Source of the DNA: Ophelia neglecta | Lineage: Eukaryota | Length of the DNA stretch: 64,000 nt | Direction of reading: 5' to 3' | NCBI GenBank assembly: GCA_965285935.1 | Contig: OZ260665.1 | Location: 34,906,001-34,970,000, forward strand | Shown: positions 38,201 through 51,464 of the stretch, piece by piece | How the letters are laid out: each line of letters begins with the position of its first letter | Position numbering within the stretch: the first letter of the stretch is position 1 | Notes under the pieces: model-generated | What the model was told of the DNA's origin: nothing | Databases searched by the model: none | The model's input: only the letters and a program-made list of their open reading frames with translations | Position numbers and translations under genes: made by a program

Positions 38201-40578
38201 AGACAAAAACTCGGTCAGTTAGTACAAAAGCTTGTTCGCGGACCAAAAAAGTCAGGAAATTTGCGACTAATACAAACACTGCACATTTAAAGCTCAAATA
38301 AGGGGCACAAGTACATGCAATTAGATTGCCTTTGTATTTTTGGCATTGTTGAATGTAAATAGGCCTGATTCCGTTCGGTTCCCGTCGATTAACAAATCCT
38401 CGTCTGTATGGAAAGGTGATTCTCCAATCCAAACAGTATTAACTCTGAATCTAGGTCGCATCATATCATCCGCCACATGGACCCTTCTATAGAATGCTGC
38501 CGGCAAGGCATTCATTGTTTAATCTCATGGCTAGCAAACCAAAATAATTCAAAGCACAAATAATGGCAGTTGTGGACAGCTAAATAACTGTTATCAAGGT
38601 GCATAATGGCACTTATGTTTCTCCTGTCATACTGTACACAGCAATGCCGGATCCAGAGCCGCCGAAAACAAGAGTCGACTGCCATGGTGAGGGCCTGGGA
38701 CGTGTTAAATCTAAAGGGGGTTGTGGGGGCGAACTCCAATGGGAGGGGACACGGATTCAACAGTATCGAAACCTGATTTTAGAAGCTTGTAATGAAAGGG
38801 ATATCTTGACTCATGCAACCCCCCCCCCCCCCTCCCTCTCACTCTAAAGCTGACAAAATAGAAGATCCCATTGTGGGTTTGCTTAACGCATTGGCGTACA
38901 CTTGTTAATAAAACAATCTATGAGAAATCCTGCAAAATCTGTACATTTTCTTCCAACAGGTCCGTGCCTAGTCAATTGATATCAATGTCATTCAATTTCA
39001 ACGTTTTCATACTTTGATTACCGGAAGTCCGTCCAATTTCATGGTCTGTTTGGACACTTCTACCGCGAGGCTTCCCAGGCGTGGTCCGAGCCATCGCTGG
39101 CACAAGGAATCGAAGGGGTGTACATCTTCAACAGCTTGATGTTAATTGGCGACATTCTGCTGAGATCAGGTAGATTTATCAGCCAGTTGTCAAGTGATGG
39201 CCCTTCTTCTGCCCGGAGCGAGGAAACTGCCGTGATGTCACGTGAGCAAAGACATGATAGAGGCAGCTGTCCAAAGTACGCTAATCATTGACTGGGGACA
39301 CAGATTTATACCCATCGTTAGTCTACATCAAATCATCCACTTTCATGGTTTTTTGGCCAAGAGTAGACATATAAAGAACCCGACGAGAAGAATTTCTAGT
39401 TTAGAAACAATAAAGGGGTAAAAAAGTATGCTTTTGTCCCAAAGCTTACCGTTTCAAATGTGTTGGTTTCTTTTTTTGGACTGCAAGTGGATCAATACAG
39501 GTTAAAACTAAAAAGTTGTTAATTATTCTATAATATATTTGCAGAAAATGGTGTTTGAAATAGAATAAGACAAATGGTTACTTAAGCCGAATATTTGTAT
39601 AACTGTGTTTTTTTGATTGAACTACATGCATACCTTCAATGTCCATACGTCCTAGCTGGAGATTGTGGAAACCTATATGATGTTGTACCTGTCAACCTTT
39701 TCTTGAGCCCATCTTTTCCTCGCGGTCTCACCACACAGGACGCATACCACTGATTATTTGGGGTTTAATATTCAACAACGGAAATGAAAACAAGTTTGAC
39801 GGATGCTTCAATCGTCAATTTGTTCGGCCAAATGAACATTTTGTTATGAATAACGATCCTCTTAAAACGCCATCGATGTGCAAAACGTTTGTTTCAACGC
39901 TCTGTCAATTGGGAACAAAGCAATTGAATTGCGTTGACTGCCCTGGTGGAGTTTCAGGGTCAACACTTAAATGTACATCATTTTACTCGACGTGTTGTGA
40001 TCTGCAGAGAATGCACGGCTTAATGGAACCAAAACGATGACATAAATAGGTGTTTCACCGCTTTTATGTTGTAAACTGAACAGTTACATCTTGGCAGCAC
40101 TCGACGCCATATTGGTAAACATCCTGTGTTCGGATAGGAGGTTTGTTCTATATGGACGCCTGACCAAATACTTCTGAATCATTAAAAACACTAGTCACCA
40201 GAGGCTAATGCTTCATAAATCGCGCAATTTTACGGCCCCGGTCATATTTGATCAAATTTGGGCAGTTCTCCCTCGAGAAACTGATTGAGGAAGCAGACGA
40301 CAAATGAATGGGCTCGTCCCATAGCTAAGAAGAATGGGAGGCAGCGGGAGTAGACTTGTCCTGCTCATGTTTCACCGGTTGCAATTATTAGGATACAAAT
40401 ATGGTGTTCTCTTGCAAGTAGGTCGAATAGGACAAGATAATAAGAAGTCTGTCTACTGAGCCCAGGAGACATATTGGATTTCTTGTACTGGTCCCCAAAG
40501 TAAACTGAATGGGCATAAAACAGAAACTTATTTAAGAATATGACACGGACAATTAATAAAAGAAATAGTAAATGTCGT

Positions 40579-40760
40579 CTGGGGGTGTTTCATAAAAGTC
40601 GTTTAAGTGGTTATCCAGCTGGAATTTGAGCTAAATATATTTACCCGGCTGTAAACGGTTTCGTAAAGCCTAAAGTATTTAAGCTCAAACTCGTAACCTT
40701 TTGCTTAAATCCTAGCCAGCCAGTTAGCCACCTCGGCATTTCTCTGGCTAGGATTTAAGC
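40579..40760. mobile_element. Truncated palindromic non-autonomous DNA transposon (PIF/Harbinger-like terminus)
   Basis: Begins ctgggggtgtttcataaaag. Contains a perfect 17-bp inverted repeat, gcttaaatcctagccag (40703-40719) / ctggctaggatttaagc (40744-40760). The right terminus was not found, and the family is assigned by resemblance only. Confidence 0.5.
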
Positions 40761-43700
40761 CAGTACCTATCTATAAGACTTTTATAATGGACGAACAAAA
40801 TTTACGCACCTTGACGACTGGGAAAGTGTAGTTTATGAGGAAGCTTTGAAACTTTTTGTGAAAACTCTTTACACAGCTCGCCAGAGCAATATAATATAGT
40901 GTGGGTTACAAAAGGACCCACCAGCGATAGTCTGGATAAAAAAATTCCTATTTTACTATTTCCTGGCATATATTTGTTACATGTATGACTGTTTAATTGA
41001 TTATTAATATTGTATGTACACGCTCTCATTTAGTTGAGGAAACTTATAAAACTAAACTACATGTATGTATAGGTTTCCTTTTTCATCAAAATATATTTCA
41101 AAAATTTCACTTTTTGCCAGCAATTTCTATAACATCATAGACAGGAAAGCTTAACACTACTGTGCCAAATAAAAGACGTCTAGTCAAGTTACCAGAATAA
41201 TTAACGAAACAATTGATTGGAGGTGTAAAGCGGATGCTTGCAGAAAAGTGGATGCCAAAAAAACTACTATATTTGGACGATGTGTTGCATCGACGATTTT
41301 CTTTGAAGATGAATAGCTGATTATTTTTTCTTCGATCAATCTTTTCATGGTTGTTGTAGCAAATACCCTATCTTTTATAATCAACAAAGCACGGTATCGG
41401 TGACATTCCGGCTTCTATGGTCTCTAAGAAAACACGCGTCACATGTGTTGTCACCCGTAATGCTTCGCATTGGTGTATGTCAAACAATTTGCTCACTTCC
41501 AGTTCCGGTGGGATGGTGCGTGACTGTCGCCTGCTCCTAGAAACTTATCAACTGGAAACAAGTTCCATATCAGAAGGGAAGTAATCCCTTACCTGACTCG
41601 TTCTCGACTTTTCTCACGAGACGCTAAAAAACTTCGATCGTCTCAGCCATTGACGGCAAGAGTAATGTGCTTGGCTGCTTTAAATTGATTGAAGGTACAA
41701 GAATAATCAAACAGCCACCCTAAAGGAAGGACGTTCTCTCCAAATCAGTTACCCCGAATATAGGGAGATAATCATTTGGATTCTGCGACTGGTATCATTA
41801 AATGCAATGTTTTTCCTTTTTTTAAACGGTATCCAGCCCTTGTTAAGGTATTTTTTTCGACACCATTATTATAGTGTCCACTTGGTCTTAACTGTCCTTT
41901 AAGACACCCCATATGAATATATCATTTTCGTATCGAACTTTATATATTTGTAATGAAGACTGCAATGGTGTTAAACAACTGAAAGGTAGCGCCAAGGACA
42001 AAAAAATAAAACCGATCGCCTGCCTGGATCAGTGCAAGCTAACTTGGTAATGCTAGTATAAATGTGTAGCCAGAACAATCATGAAAGCTAAAGGATGTTG
42101 AGCTCTCTTGGCACCTTGAAGTCTTGGTGTCGGAAATATTCTTAGGGTTAAGTCCAAAACCTAAGATCCAATCCATCAAAATTCATGAACAATGCAGAAG
42201 TAAGATTGATTGTCTTTTTCATACAGCACATGCGAATATGATTCGTAATCGAGGTGCATGACAAGCACGATAGGGTTAGGATAGCACTGCCTTGATGGCC
42301 GAATTTCCTGGCTAAATAAAAATGTTGCTGCATTTTGGCTTCGTTTCTGAGGGCTAGGGATAAAAATAACCACCGGGAATTTATTGTGGCAATTTAGGGA
42401 GAGAAGGGGGCACGGGGTGACGAGACCCGTCTGGAATTGAGGGCAAATAGCCCATGTTGTCGTCAACTCGGGATGACTGTCCCATCATTCCTGGCTATCA
42501 TTAGAAATGGTAGGCCCGCACACTGAGAAGGCAGCCGATAAAACATGGCAGGGAACTAACAAAGTAGTCCCAGGCATATTAAATACTTGAAATAAATGGC
42601 AGTTTTTGATAAATAGGCAAATTTCATAAAATGGTTTATGTCAGTGTGGTTGTTAAACCGAGATAGCTCTATAAATCTATTCAATCAATCTTGCTCGTTC
42701 ACTGGTGGCATTAAATTGTCCAGTTTCCCAGCAGGCGTCAGTAGCGAGTGACATCGTCCGGCATTTGCTTTTCGAGGCCAATTGAACATTGCATAATTTA
42801 AGGAAAAAACTTGGATTAATGGGCTATCGTAGGGATAAAGTCGTCACATATCCTAAGTAATGTGATTTCCAGGGAGATTCAACCAGCTCAAGATACACAT
42901 ATAATTGAAATAATTATGTCGTTGTTTCCTCTTCCTATAGGACAACTATTAGAACCACTTTTATTTATTGCAAGACTTGACGAATCATGGCCCTCGTTGT
43001 CAAACCAGAACCAATGAGCACGGTAACGGCCGGTACAGTATCTTTCACGACGAACCTCAAAAAATTATAAAAAGTTATCGATGCTTTTCTCTTGCTAGAA
43101 AAGGCAGGCATTGAAATCTTTTTCATGTGAAGGAAATTGTTAGTGTTGCATGTGTCCACTTTCCGAACGCGATGAGTTACAGGAAGATGCACAACATCAG
43201 ATTTCAACTTGGGAACGGAACTTCATCTTGACAACAACGTCTTTTTCGTTTTAGTTACCTATTCTGTTTTGAATTGGAAATACAGTGAAGAATGGACTTT
43301 GTACTCCTTTACACAATATCACAAGAAGATAAAACAAGTCTATCGAAAGGCACATATGAATAATTGTACACCATATCTGGGTTAAGTCTGGCGATGTAAT
43401 TATGCTAAAATATTGAGGCTTGCCATGAAAGACGGTATCTGTCGTTACCGTGTTTAGTGTTGCGGCTGTGAATTGCTTTCCTTAAAATTACACGTGACTT
43501 AATATTAGGCCTAGTAGATATGTCTTTATCTGTACTGGCAACAGCTATAGAAAGAACGTGGAAAATAACTTTGTGTAAGAGGACTACATGCATGTTTTCT
43601 TTCCATACTTGACTAAACTGAACCGTACAGACCAAAGTGATTCGAGGGCTAGATCGTAGGCCTACAGAACAAATTCTCAAATTAATGCTTAAATTAGGAA

Positions 43701-44289
43701 TTGGATCTCAAAATATTTATCCATCCACATGACCATGATTTATTGCCCTGGCCCCATATTTCGACCCCACTGCATAAAATGTCAGTGTAAGGCCTGATAT
43801 AATGGGCTATATCCTGAACGAAATTTGTCTATTTGGTATTACAGGATTGCTAATCTGTTTAATCATAATAATGCAGTCGTGTACATTTTGTATTCGTTCA
43901 GCGGAAGCGTGTACCCAGGCATCAAGTAAGACTCCGAAGGGACTACGACAATAAATCCATAGTGAAATTGACATTCTATCAGCATAGGAGCATATCTCTA
44001 ATCAATGGCTTCGTAAGATCATGTTACTAATAATTCATGTCTTGAAAACGATAGGCTACACTCAACCACTTGCTGACTAACGACTTTTCGACTGGATTGA
44101 TACCCATGCTATGAAACAAGTTCAGCCTCAAGTTCCTTCCGCTTTGAAAACCATTCTTTTCTATTGTAGCCCATAGTATATATAATTATTTAGGTAGAAA
44201 GTTCATTTATGCAATTATGTTAGCATTAGATCATATTTCTCCTCTTGCAATCGTAAGATGACATATTTTGATAGTTTTTAATAACTTAC

Positions 44290-44477
44290 GGCATAGAATA
44301 GTATCCTCCGTCGGTTGGCGCAAAATTGTCATCATTTCGAGCATGTTGATTAGCAATTAGTTCCATTTCAGCGATACAATGATCTTCTACGATAGGCTCC
44401 AAACCACTGTATCCACTCGTGTTAAATCCGGCTTTATTGCCCACGTGGGGCTTCCGTAACGTTTTGTTTCTCTTCAT
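44290..44477 (-). CDS. Candidate alternative first coding exon B (MKRNKTLRKPHVGNKAGFNTSGYSGLEPIVEDHCIAEMELIANQHARNDDNFAPTDGGYYSM+CC|, phase 2)
   Basis: gtcataATG (A at -3). 188 nt (62 codons + 2) ending at consensus donor GTAAGT (44289). GC/CpG-rich upstream region to about 45.2 kb, then promoter motifs at 45.2-45.3 kb. Confidence 0.55.
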
Positions 44478-45191
44478 TATGACATTGGTATGTTGGCGAC
44501 AAAAACTCGACAAGATGAATGATTTTGGAGGGCGGCTCTCTCTCTGTCTCTGTTGAGTTATGCGCAACTCTGCCGGGCAGATGGCAGTTAACAAAACAAG
44601 GCGCTCAATACACCTCGGCAACGCCAAGCCGCCGGGACAAGGGCAGACGACATGCTGTTGCCGCCTCTTTAACTACTGTCTTTTCTTGTAAGTCAACTTT
44701 CAATCACACAAATACATGTTAACTTGATTTGAAAGTACCAAAGCACGTATCTTGCAGGAGAATTGATAACCGAGACACGTCAGGAGTTGCGCCCCGTATC
44801 ACTTGGGTGTGAAATTGGTGCTGAGCGATCAGCGACCGTCGGACATTGCTGTCAGTGAGCGTTCCGTCTTGCTGCAAGCCTGTGGCTGGAGGCAGGTAAT
44901 CGTATCGGGGCGCCACGCCGGCGGGCCCCTCCACGGATTAGCCCCGTCTCGATACCGACTTAACAACCTGCTGCTATCACAGACAGCAAATTACAGGCTT
45001 TGGTTGTACTTTGTGACGAGCCTAGAGAAGCTCGTTGAAATTGGACCAAAAGTCTTCGACTCAATGAATCGGCAACGCTCGCAGCCACCTGCTTACAACT
45101 GCAATTTCGCTCCTTACCGGATTGTAAAAATTGCTTATTTAGGAAGTTTTGTAGGCAAAGAAAATACGATATTCTTTGCCTGCACATGGCA

Positions 45192-45328
45192 ATTGTCTAG
45201 CAACCTATGAGAGAAGAATTGACCTTTTGGTTGAGCCCTAGTTGACTAGGTTGACAACTCTCGATGAGATTTTAATTATGGCAAAATTGATAATAAATCT
45301 GACTGCGTATGACATCACGGCGGAAGTG
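45192..45328. promoter_or_regulatory. Putative promoter module upstream of exon B
   Basis: X-box-like ATTGTCTAGCAAC (45192-45204), CRE-like TGACATCA (45310-45317) and ETS CGGAAGTG (45321-45328). Confidence 0.35.
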
Positions 45329-46269
45329 GAAGCTTAATAAAAGAGGTCTGCTGGGAAACCGACGGGTCGTTTGTTTTACCAGGACTTAGGGAGGCTGTTG
45401 AGAAGAACTAAATCAAAGCCTGTACCAGCACCTGAAACCATACAAACCAACAAAAAGAATGCTAACTCTAATTTTCAAAGGATTAATTATAAGTAAAAAA
45501 AGTCCAATTGGCTGTGCATCTAAAGTAGCGATTTGTGGATATATTGGACAAAAACGCCCAAGTACTCTGCTACATCTTTGACGGAATGCGCAAGTAAATT
45601 AACATGTTTTAAAGATAGCCAAAAATCTGCCTTAACCATTCAATTTTAAGAATATATTGCCTGGGACCTTGTCATTTGTATGACAGGCTATAGGCCTCTA
45701 TAAATAGTAAATGTAGCTATATGTTTACGCTTAAACATACGTGTGAATGTATTAGTTATTGAAGAGAGGAAATGTCAAAATATATAGGCCTATAATAGGC
45801 TTTTACGGGTTTAAATATAATTATATAATGAGAATGGTATAGGCCTTGCAAAGAGTTGACAGTGCAGGAAATAGAGACTGGGTGTGGGGGGGGGGGGGGG
45901 GGAGAGGGGCGCGGGTTCCTGCACCTATGACTAAACAATACAATGTCGTTCATAACCATCTGCCATGTCAAAAACAAGCCAAACAAATCTTATTTCTATT
46001 ATTCTAGAGAAGACAATATACTGTGTATGATAAAATACCAGATGTGAAAACTGTCCAGGGACTAACAAACACGTCTACGAGGTTGATTTTCAATAACTTA
46101 AATGACAAATGACTCTCCATTAAATTTGAAATTCTTTGTGACTAATTTCATGGTAAAGCATGAAACACATTTTAACCAAAGGCAGTCACCGGCGAAATTC
46201 TCATCTAACCGTGAGAGGAAAAAAAACACCATGTAATTAAACAAATAATTAATGTCACGTGTTACTCAC

Positions 46270-46361
46270 CTTCGTCTGTGAGGGGTCATAACTGGGTCAG
46301 CGGCCAAGTTAAGGCCAACCGATAAAAGCTTGACCACCGCGCTGTCCTCTATGTCACTCAT
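46270..46361 (-). CDS. Candidate alternative first coding exon C (MSDIEDSAVVKLLSVGLNLAADPVMTPHRR+AG|, phase 2)
   Basis: tttaaaATG context, with an alternative in-frame ATG at 46382. 92 nt ending at an optimal donor AAG|GTGAGT (46269). Confidence 0.45.
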
Positions 46362-47228
46362 TTTAAAGATTTCTCTTATCATCCATATATAGGTCAATCC
46401 ATTTAAAACTATATCGAGCAGGTTGTGTGTTTTTAGTAATATCTGAGAAGCCAATTGGCTCAGTTTCTAATAGCTATATAATAAGCCATGGTTAACTGGT
46501 ACATGCTTGTAGTTGTCTTTATAGTGTTGATAGATTAAAAAACAATATATAATCCATTTGCCCCACCTATTGGTTCGAGTCAAACAACGGCGCTTAGATG
46601 ACTTCCAACAGATCCGATATGATATTAACACAAGCAATGTTGGATTCCATTACCCAATGACGATGTTGTATGACAGTCAAATATAAATCTCAAGTAATCG
46701 TTTGTATCAGCATCCCTCATCATTGGCAGCACCTCACTCCCAAGTTTATTAATCTCTGCTAGTTGATTTCTGATACACCCAAAAAAGTGCTATAAAAACT
46801 CCCATTTAGAAAAACTTGTCCTTCTGCTGTCACCGGAAAGTCTCGGTAAAGTGTCGTGGCCTACTCAACGTTCGGCAGGCTCTTATGAAAGTGAATTAAG
46901 ACAATTTAGGTGAGTGACAGCTGGCTTTTTATGAGGGGCACACAAAAGCGTGCGACCGCCGAAATCTAGTGCTGAATTTGACTTGCGGGATAATTCTAAT
47001 GGGAAAATCAGAATACGGAATCGATTACGGCCCTATGTCGTCTCTCGGCGCGTTTTGTGGTGGCGCTCCCTTCCTGGGTATAAAGTGCCCATATCGGGTT
47101 ACCTTTGACGGGGTCGACAACCAGTGATATCATTTCATTTGACGGCTCCCTCCTCTGAGAGTCACGGGATCCTGCAGGTCATCGCGAAAGGCTGATGAAG
47201 GGCATCGATCTCGACAAATCTCGTGGTG

Positions 47229-47242
47229 TGACCTCGTGACCC
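47229..47242 (-). promoter_or_regulatory. Nuclear-receptor DR2 element GGGTCA-cg-AGGTCA
   Basis: Exact RGKTCA-N2-RGKTCA match inside a CpG-rich non-coding patch (about 46.9-47.45 kb). Confidence 0.3.
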
Positions 47243-48353
47243 CGAGACCGTCATCCGGGTTCTGCATGTCACCAGCGATACGCTCGCGTTATCATTAACA
47301 CGCTAATCATCAGCCCCCCTAGGAAACTAGAACGGCAGACGAAATCACCACACAAGGAGCGTAATCAGTGTACAAATAGCAGGTAGAGTACCCGAGAAAC
47401 CCATGGAAATAACCGCCATGTCCTCGATGGTGCTAACTTCAGGTTGAGTGGCATAATGATTGGTAACGCCGAGAAAAATCAACAGGTTAACAGCCGTCAT
47501 CCAGTTATAGGTGGACAAGCAAGTGTGGCAATAAAGTAATCACTCCTGTATTACATAAACGTAGGCGAAGCTAAGAGTCGCTCGATAAGATGTCTTTGGT
47601 GTAAGTATCCTGTGGAACTCTGAAATATCCCTTTTTATCAAAAGCAAACCACCAATCTTTAAAGTAAAATTTACTCCGAGATAACCCGAGGAATTCCAGC
47701 TAGAAAAATCCGGTTTCGTGTTTTGAAATTTCAGGAAGCGTTTAACTTTTTTTTGTAGGAAATATTGAATAACATTACCGCTCCTCAGTCAGAGAATCAC
47801 AATGATATCAAAAATGATTTCCTGTTATTGGTATCCGTTCAAAACTTTCAATGTGCCAGTACAATTGTGATTGAAGTTTTGTGTATGGGTCTTTACCCTC
47901 CTCTGTTGCAATCATCACTTAGGCGGAAGCCACAGTTCGTTAGCCACGTGCGAGCAGGCTTCGTCAGGATGGCAATGATAGGCAAATTAAAGCAATGCCT
48001 TGGTAAACATGCATGCAAGTAATGGCGGGCGAGGCGCTTGTGGATCAGACAACAATTAGCCGGAGACAGATGTCAGAATAAACTCTCCCTCTCCGCCTGG
48101 TACAGGCCACCTACCACCGAGCACGACGTCTGGCGTCTGCCAAGAATCCAAATGTCCGAATTCACATCCTTATAAGATATAATCAGCAATCAGGCCTCTT
48201 GGCCCAAATTCTTTTCCCAATACTGTGCCAAGCGCTTGGAATGTCCGTCCATTTTCTAGAAAGTCCTATAGTGTTCTGGATAGTTTCTCGGACAAATGAT
48301 AATAATTTTCCCTGCAAATGCAATGAGAATTTGCTCCAGAAAATTGAACTTAC

Positions 48354-48441
48354 AGCGGAATTTCTCCGTCGGATTTACTCCCCCGATAAAATATCTGTCT
48401 TTCTCAATATCTATTAATTGTAGTGCTTCTGCTTTTTCCAT
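48354..48441 (-). CDS. Candidate first exon in phase 1 (MEKAEALQLIDIEKDRYFIGGVNPTEKFR+T|)
   Basis: Strong context atcATGG, 88 nt, donor GTAAGT (48353). Its phase differs from the other candidates. Confidence 0.22.
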
Positions 48442-49372
48442 GATGTAGAAGAATTTTCACCCTGGGTCTGGTTCCTTTTTAGGACTTCAGACAAACTGTC
48501 GCTCGTTGCCTCTGCGACACTTGTTCCAGCGGTTGTCTCTGACCATCACCCACCGGCTTCAAGAAACTGTTGTAACAGTCAGCTGGGTGCTTATTCATTC
48601 CGCTGGGTGAGCCCAGATAAGTTGTCACCTCGTGCTACGGTAAACTTGATGTTGTTGAGATATGTCAATGGCAGTTTAGCCGGGTGTCTGAGGGCCTGAT
48701 AAGGCAAACCCATACTGATGACGTATAAATCCATGGTGGTGCGCTAAAAGAGGTCCTGCTATATGATAATATTGTCGTAGAAAGTCAGCGCCTCCCAGGC
48801 GCTGTACATTGCTTTTTGTTGTCACAAGTGGGTGCTGTAAGCTCATTTCCAAATAGGGAACAGATTTTACGACACCATACATCATTTGACAGTTAATTTA
48901 TCATCGAAGATACAACGCCCCTACTGGATTGGAGGGAGTGAACCTCTTAAAGCTATAAAGCCTCTTAACCATGATGCTAGTTGACAAAAAAGGAGGGCAA
49001 ATAATGGTAAACATCGCGGCCTCGAGTGAGATGTGATTAACAAAGTCCAGTCTAAATGTTGCATGCGAAGAATTTGTCAAGAAAATCTGCCTGACAACTT
49101 CGCCCAATTTCATGCGCCATCGCCTTCGAGAATTATATGGCGACTTTCTGAAGTGATGGTTTCAGCAGAATTGCAGTTTCGATCACAATGAGATCGGAAC
49201 AAATGGGCGGTCTGAACTACTTGTGACTTGGCTTCGTGAAATTTGAACTTAAAGACCTGCCATGTTGCTTATCAAACACGATCAACAAGGTTCTCTCTGT
49301 AAGAACACCCACTCTGTTTTTGCTTCTTTAATAGATAACTTGCAATGGAACGCTGCGCATGTTTATCTACCA

Positions 49373-50012
49373 ACTTCCGGTGGCGTCATGGAAGTCAGAG
49401 AATTACTGCGCTGTAAATGAAGTATCATTTTACGATGTTGAATTTCCAGAAAGGTAAGTATTCGAAAGTGACTCTTCCTACCCCAAAGAGACGGCTTCAG
49501 ATCTGGATGATGTCAAATTCCCCTCCCTGGTCGATAGACAACACATTCAGCCGATTGCCTTCTTTCTAATATCTAACACAATTGCTATTCTATGGGCCAC
49601 TTGACATGTTGATTGAATGACCTCCGCTGACCTTTCTCATCTAGCCCGTTTTGGGCGTGTTAAGCTCCAAATGAAGTTGCCACGTGACAACAGGTGTCGT
49701 GAGAGTGGAGAGAAATAATTCTTATAAATTATCCACATCCGGTAACAAGAACTGATCGGCAAGGTTAAACAAGCACGCCCAGCATGTGTGCTAGGTCTAC
49801 CCATAACAGTACTCATCGAAGGAAAAACAGCGATGGAAAAAAAACTAAAATTCGCCTCTATAGAGACGGATTAGCGCTACAAAATTGGCTTATTTCAGAC
49901 CATTAAATCAGGAGGTGTTTACAGTCAAACATTGATGGTAAGTGTTTGCCTGGCAGCGGCCATCGGCCAAACGCTGGGGCGGCTGCAGGAACACGAGGAG
50001 GGAGGGGCGGGG
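49373..50012. promoter_or_regulatory. Promoter-like motif group
   Basis: ETS ACTTCCGG (49373-49380) abutting CRE-like TGGCGTCA (49381-49388), E-box CACGTG (49681) and GC box GGGGCGGGG (50004-50012). Confidence 0.3.
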
Positions 50013-50552
50013 GTAGTTGGCGTGCAGAGTTAGAGAATCTTTATTACCCTATCAGTTTGCTCCCCTTTAAAACACTAAGAGGCATGGGAAAGCACTAACA
50101 CACGGCAAGACCTGCCATCCCCCCCCCCCCAAAAAAAAAAACACAACTCACGTGCAAGTATACCACACGCTGCTCACGTCCGGACGAAGGACTGGCTGTC
50201 GGCTGCTACCCTACCCGGTCTAATGGGACTAATGAACCACGACTCAACAACTAATTCATGTCTTATACCAGAATTTCCCGCATCGCGTCTATTATAGACC
50301 TATACTAGATCGCAATTTAAATGTAAAGGCTTGGACACTGAAAGCATTCAATTTGAAAACATTGGACTCCGGAAGTCCCACACACTGGGATTGACCGGTA
50401 CACCTTGTCACAAGGTGTGCAGCTCTTGACCTTCGCATACCGGCGAGTAGGGCTATAGGCCTTCGCCAGCATGTGCGTAATGTTGGGCCTTTATAGGCCT
50501 TCGCTTACCTGTACGATTTACTGGGCCTTAACTTCCCCTATATGAAACTATA

Positions 50553-50850
50553 GGCTTTCGCAAACCTGTAAGAAGAAATAGGCTTTCGCATAACTGTATC
50601 CGAAGAGTATGGCCTGCGCATATCTGTATTCATAAAGCAAGGCTTGCGCATATCTGCATCCGTCGAGCAAGTCTTGTGCATATCTGTATCCGTATAGCAA
50701 GGTTAGGGCATAACTGTATCCATAGAGCAAGGCCTGAGTATATCTGTGTCCGTAGAGCTAGGCCTGAGTATATCTGTGCCGTAGACCAAGGCCTGCAGAT
50801 ATCTGTATTCGAAGCGCAAGGCCTGCGCATACTTGTTGGTAGAGCTATAT
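50553..50850. repeat. 30-bp minisatellite, about 10 diverged units (consensus near ggcctgcgcatatctgtatccgtagagcaa)
   Basis: Units start at about 50553, 50581, 50611, 50641, 50671, 50701, 50731, 50761, 50790 and 50820. More degenerate copies extend from about 50430 to about 50900. Confidence 0.9.
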
Positions 50851-51092
50851 GTCTTAATTCGCATGCCCGTGTGAAGTACCAAGCCTTCGGCTATCTGCAC
50901 GTGGATGATTCCATTTACAAACCCTTATACAAAACTAGTCATTTGCATACTTGCCGATTAATGAAATATGTCATTTTACTCAGGAGTTAAAATATCATTC
51001 AGTTTTTCTTTGAAAACCATGTTTTAAGTCAAGGCCTTACACAACTTTAATTGTGTGCAATGCATGCCTCCACACACAAGGACTGTAGCCTC

Positions 51093-51464
51093 CCCGGGGG
51101 GGGTACTCCCATTATCCGGCATACTGGGTATGTGCGGCCGAGAAGGGTCGTTTTTCCTCAAAACTTCCCTAAACCAAGGGTACCTTTTTGTTGATTTCTT
51201 CCCTAATAAAGGGTATGGTTTCTAGAAAAAAATTCATCCTGTCGGGCATGATTCTGAATTGCCTAGGGCAGTGAATAACCTGTATTCCATTCCACGAGGT
51301 TACATGTATGTCATAACAAAGTGCCAAGTTTGAAGTCAAAATGTCCCTAAATCAAGGGTAGGTTTGAAGTCATAATGTCCCTAATTCAAGGGTAGGGTTT
51401 GCCAGGTACCAGCCGCACACCCCCACCCAAAAATAATGGGAGTACCCCCCCCCCCCCCCCCGGG
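51093..51464. mobile_element. Intact 372-bp MITE (non-autonomous DNA transposon) with 8-bp TSD
   Basis: TIRs CCCGGG(G)nTACTCCCATTAT ... ATAATGGGAGTA(C)nCCCGGG, with an extra tgtgcggc/gccgcaca match. Perfect TSD gtagcctc at 51085-51092 and 51465-51472. Four internal ccctaa-n-aagggt motifs (51167, 51201, 51345, 51379). Confidence 0.92.

Noticed and set aside
38321-38515. 64-aa minus ORF with good ATG context (MNALPAAFYRRVHV...)
   Set aside because: No canonical GT donor before the stop; only a doubtful phase-0 GC site.
50553-50850. CRISPR-like array
   Set aside because: Head-to-tail diverged 30-bp units without unique spacers, eukaryotic context and no cas genes.
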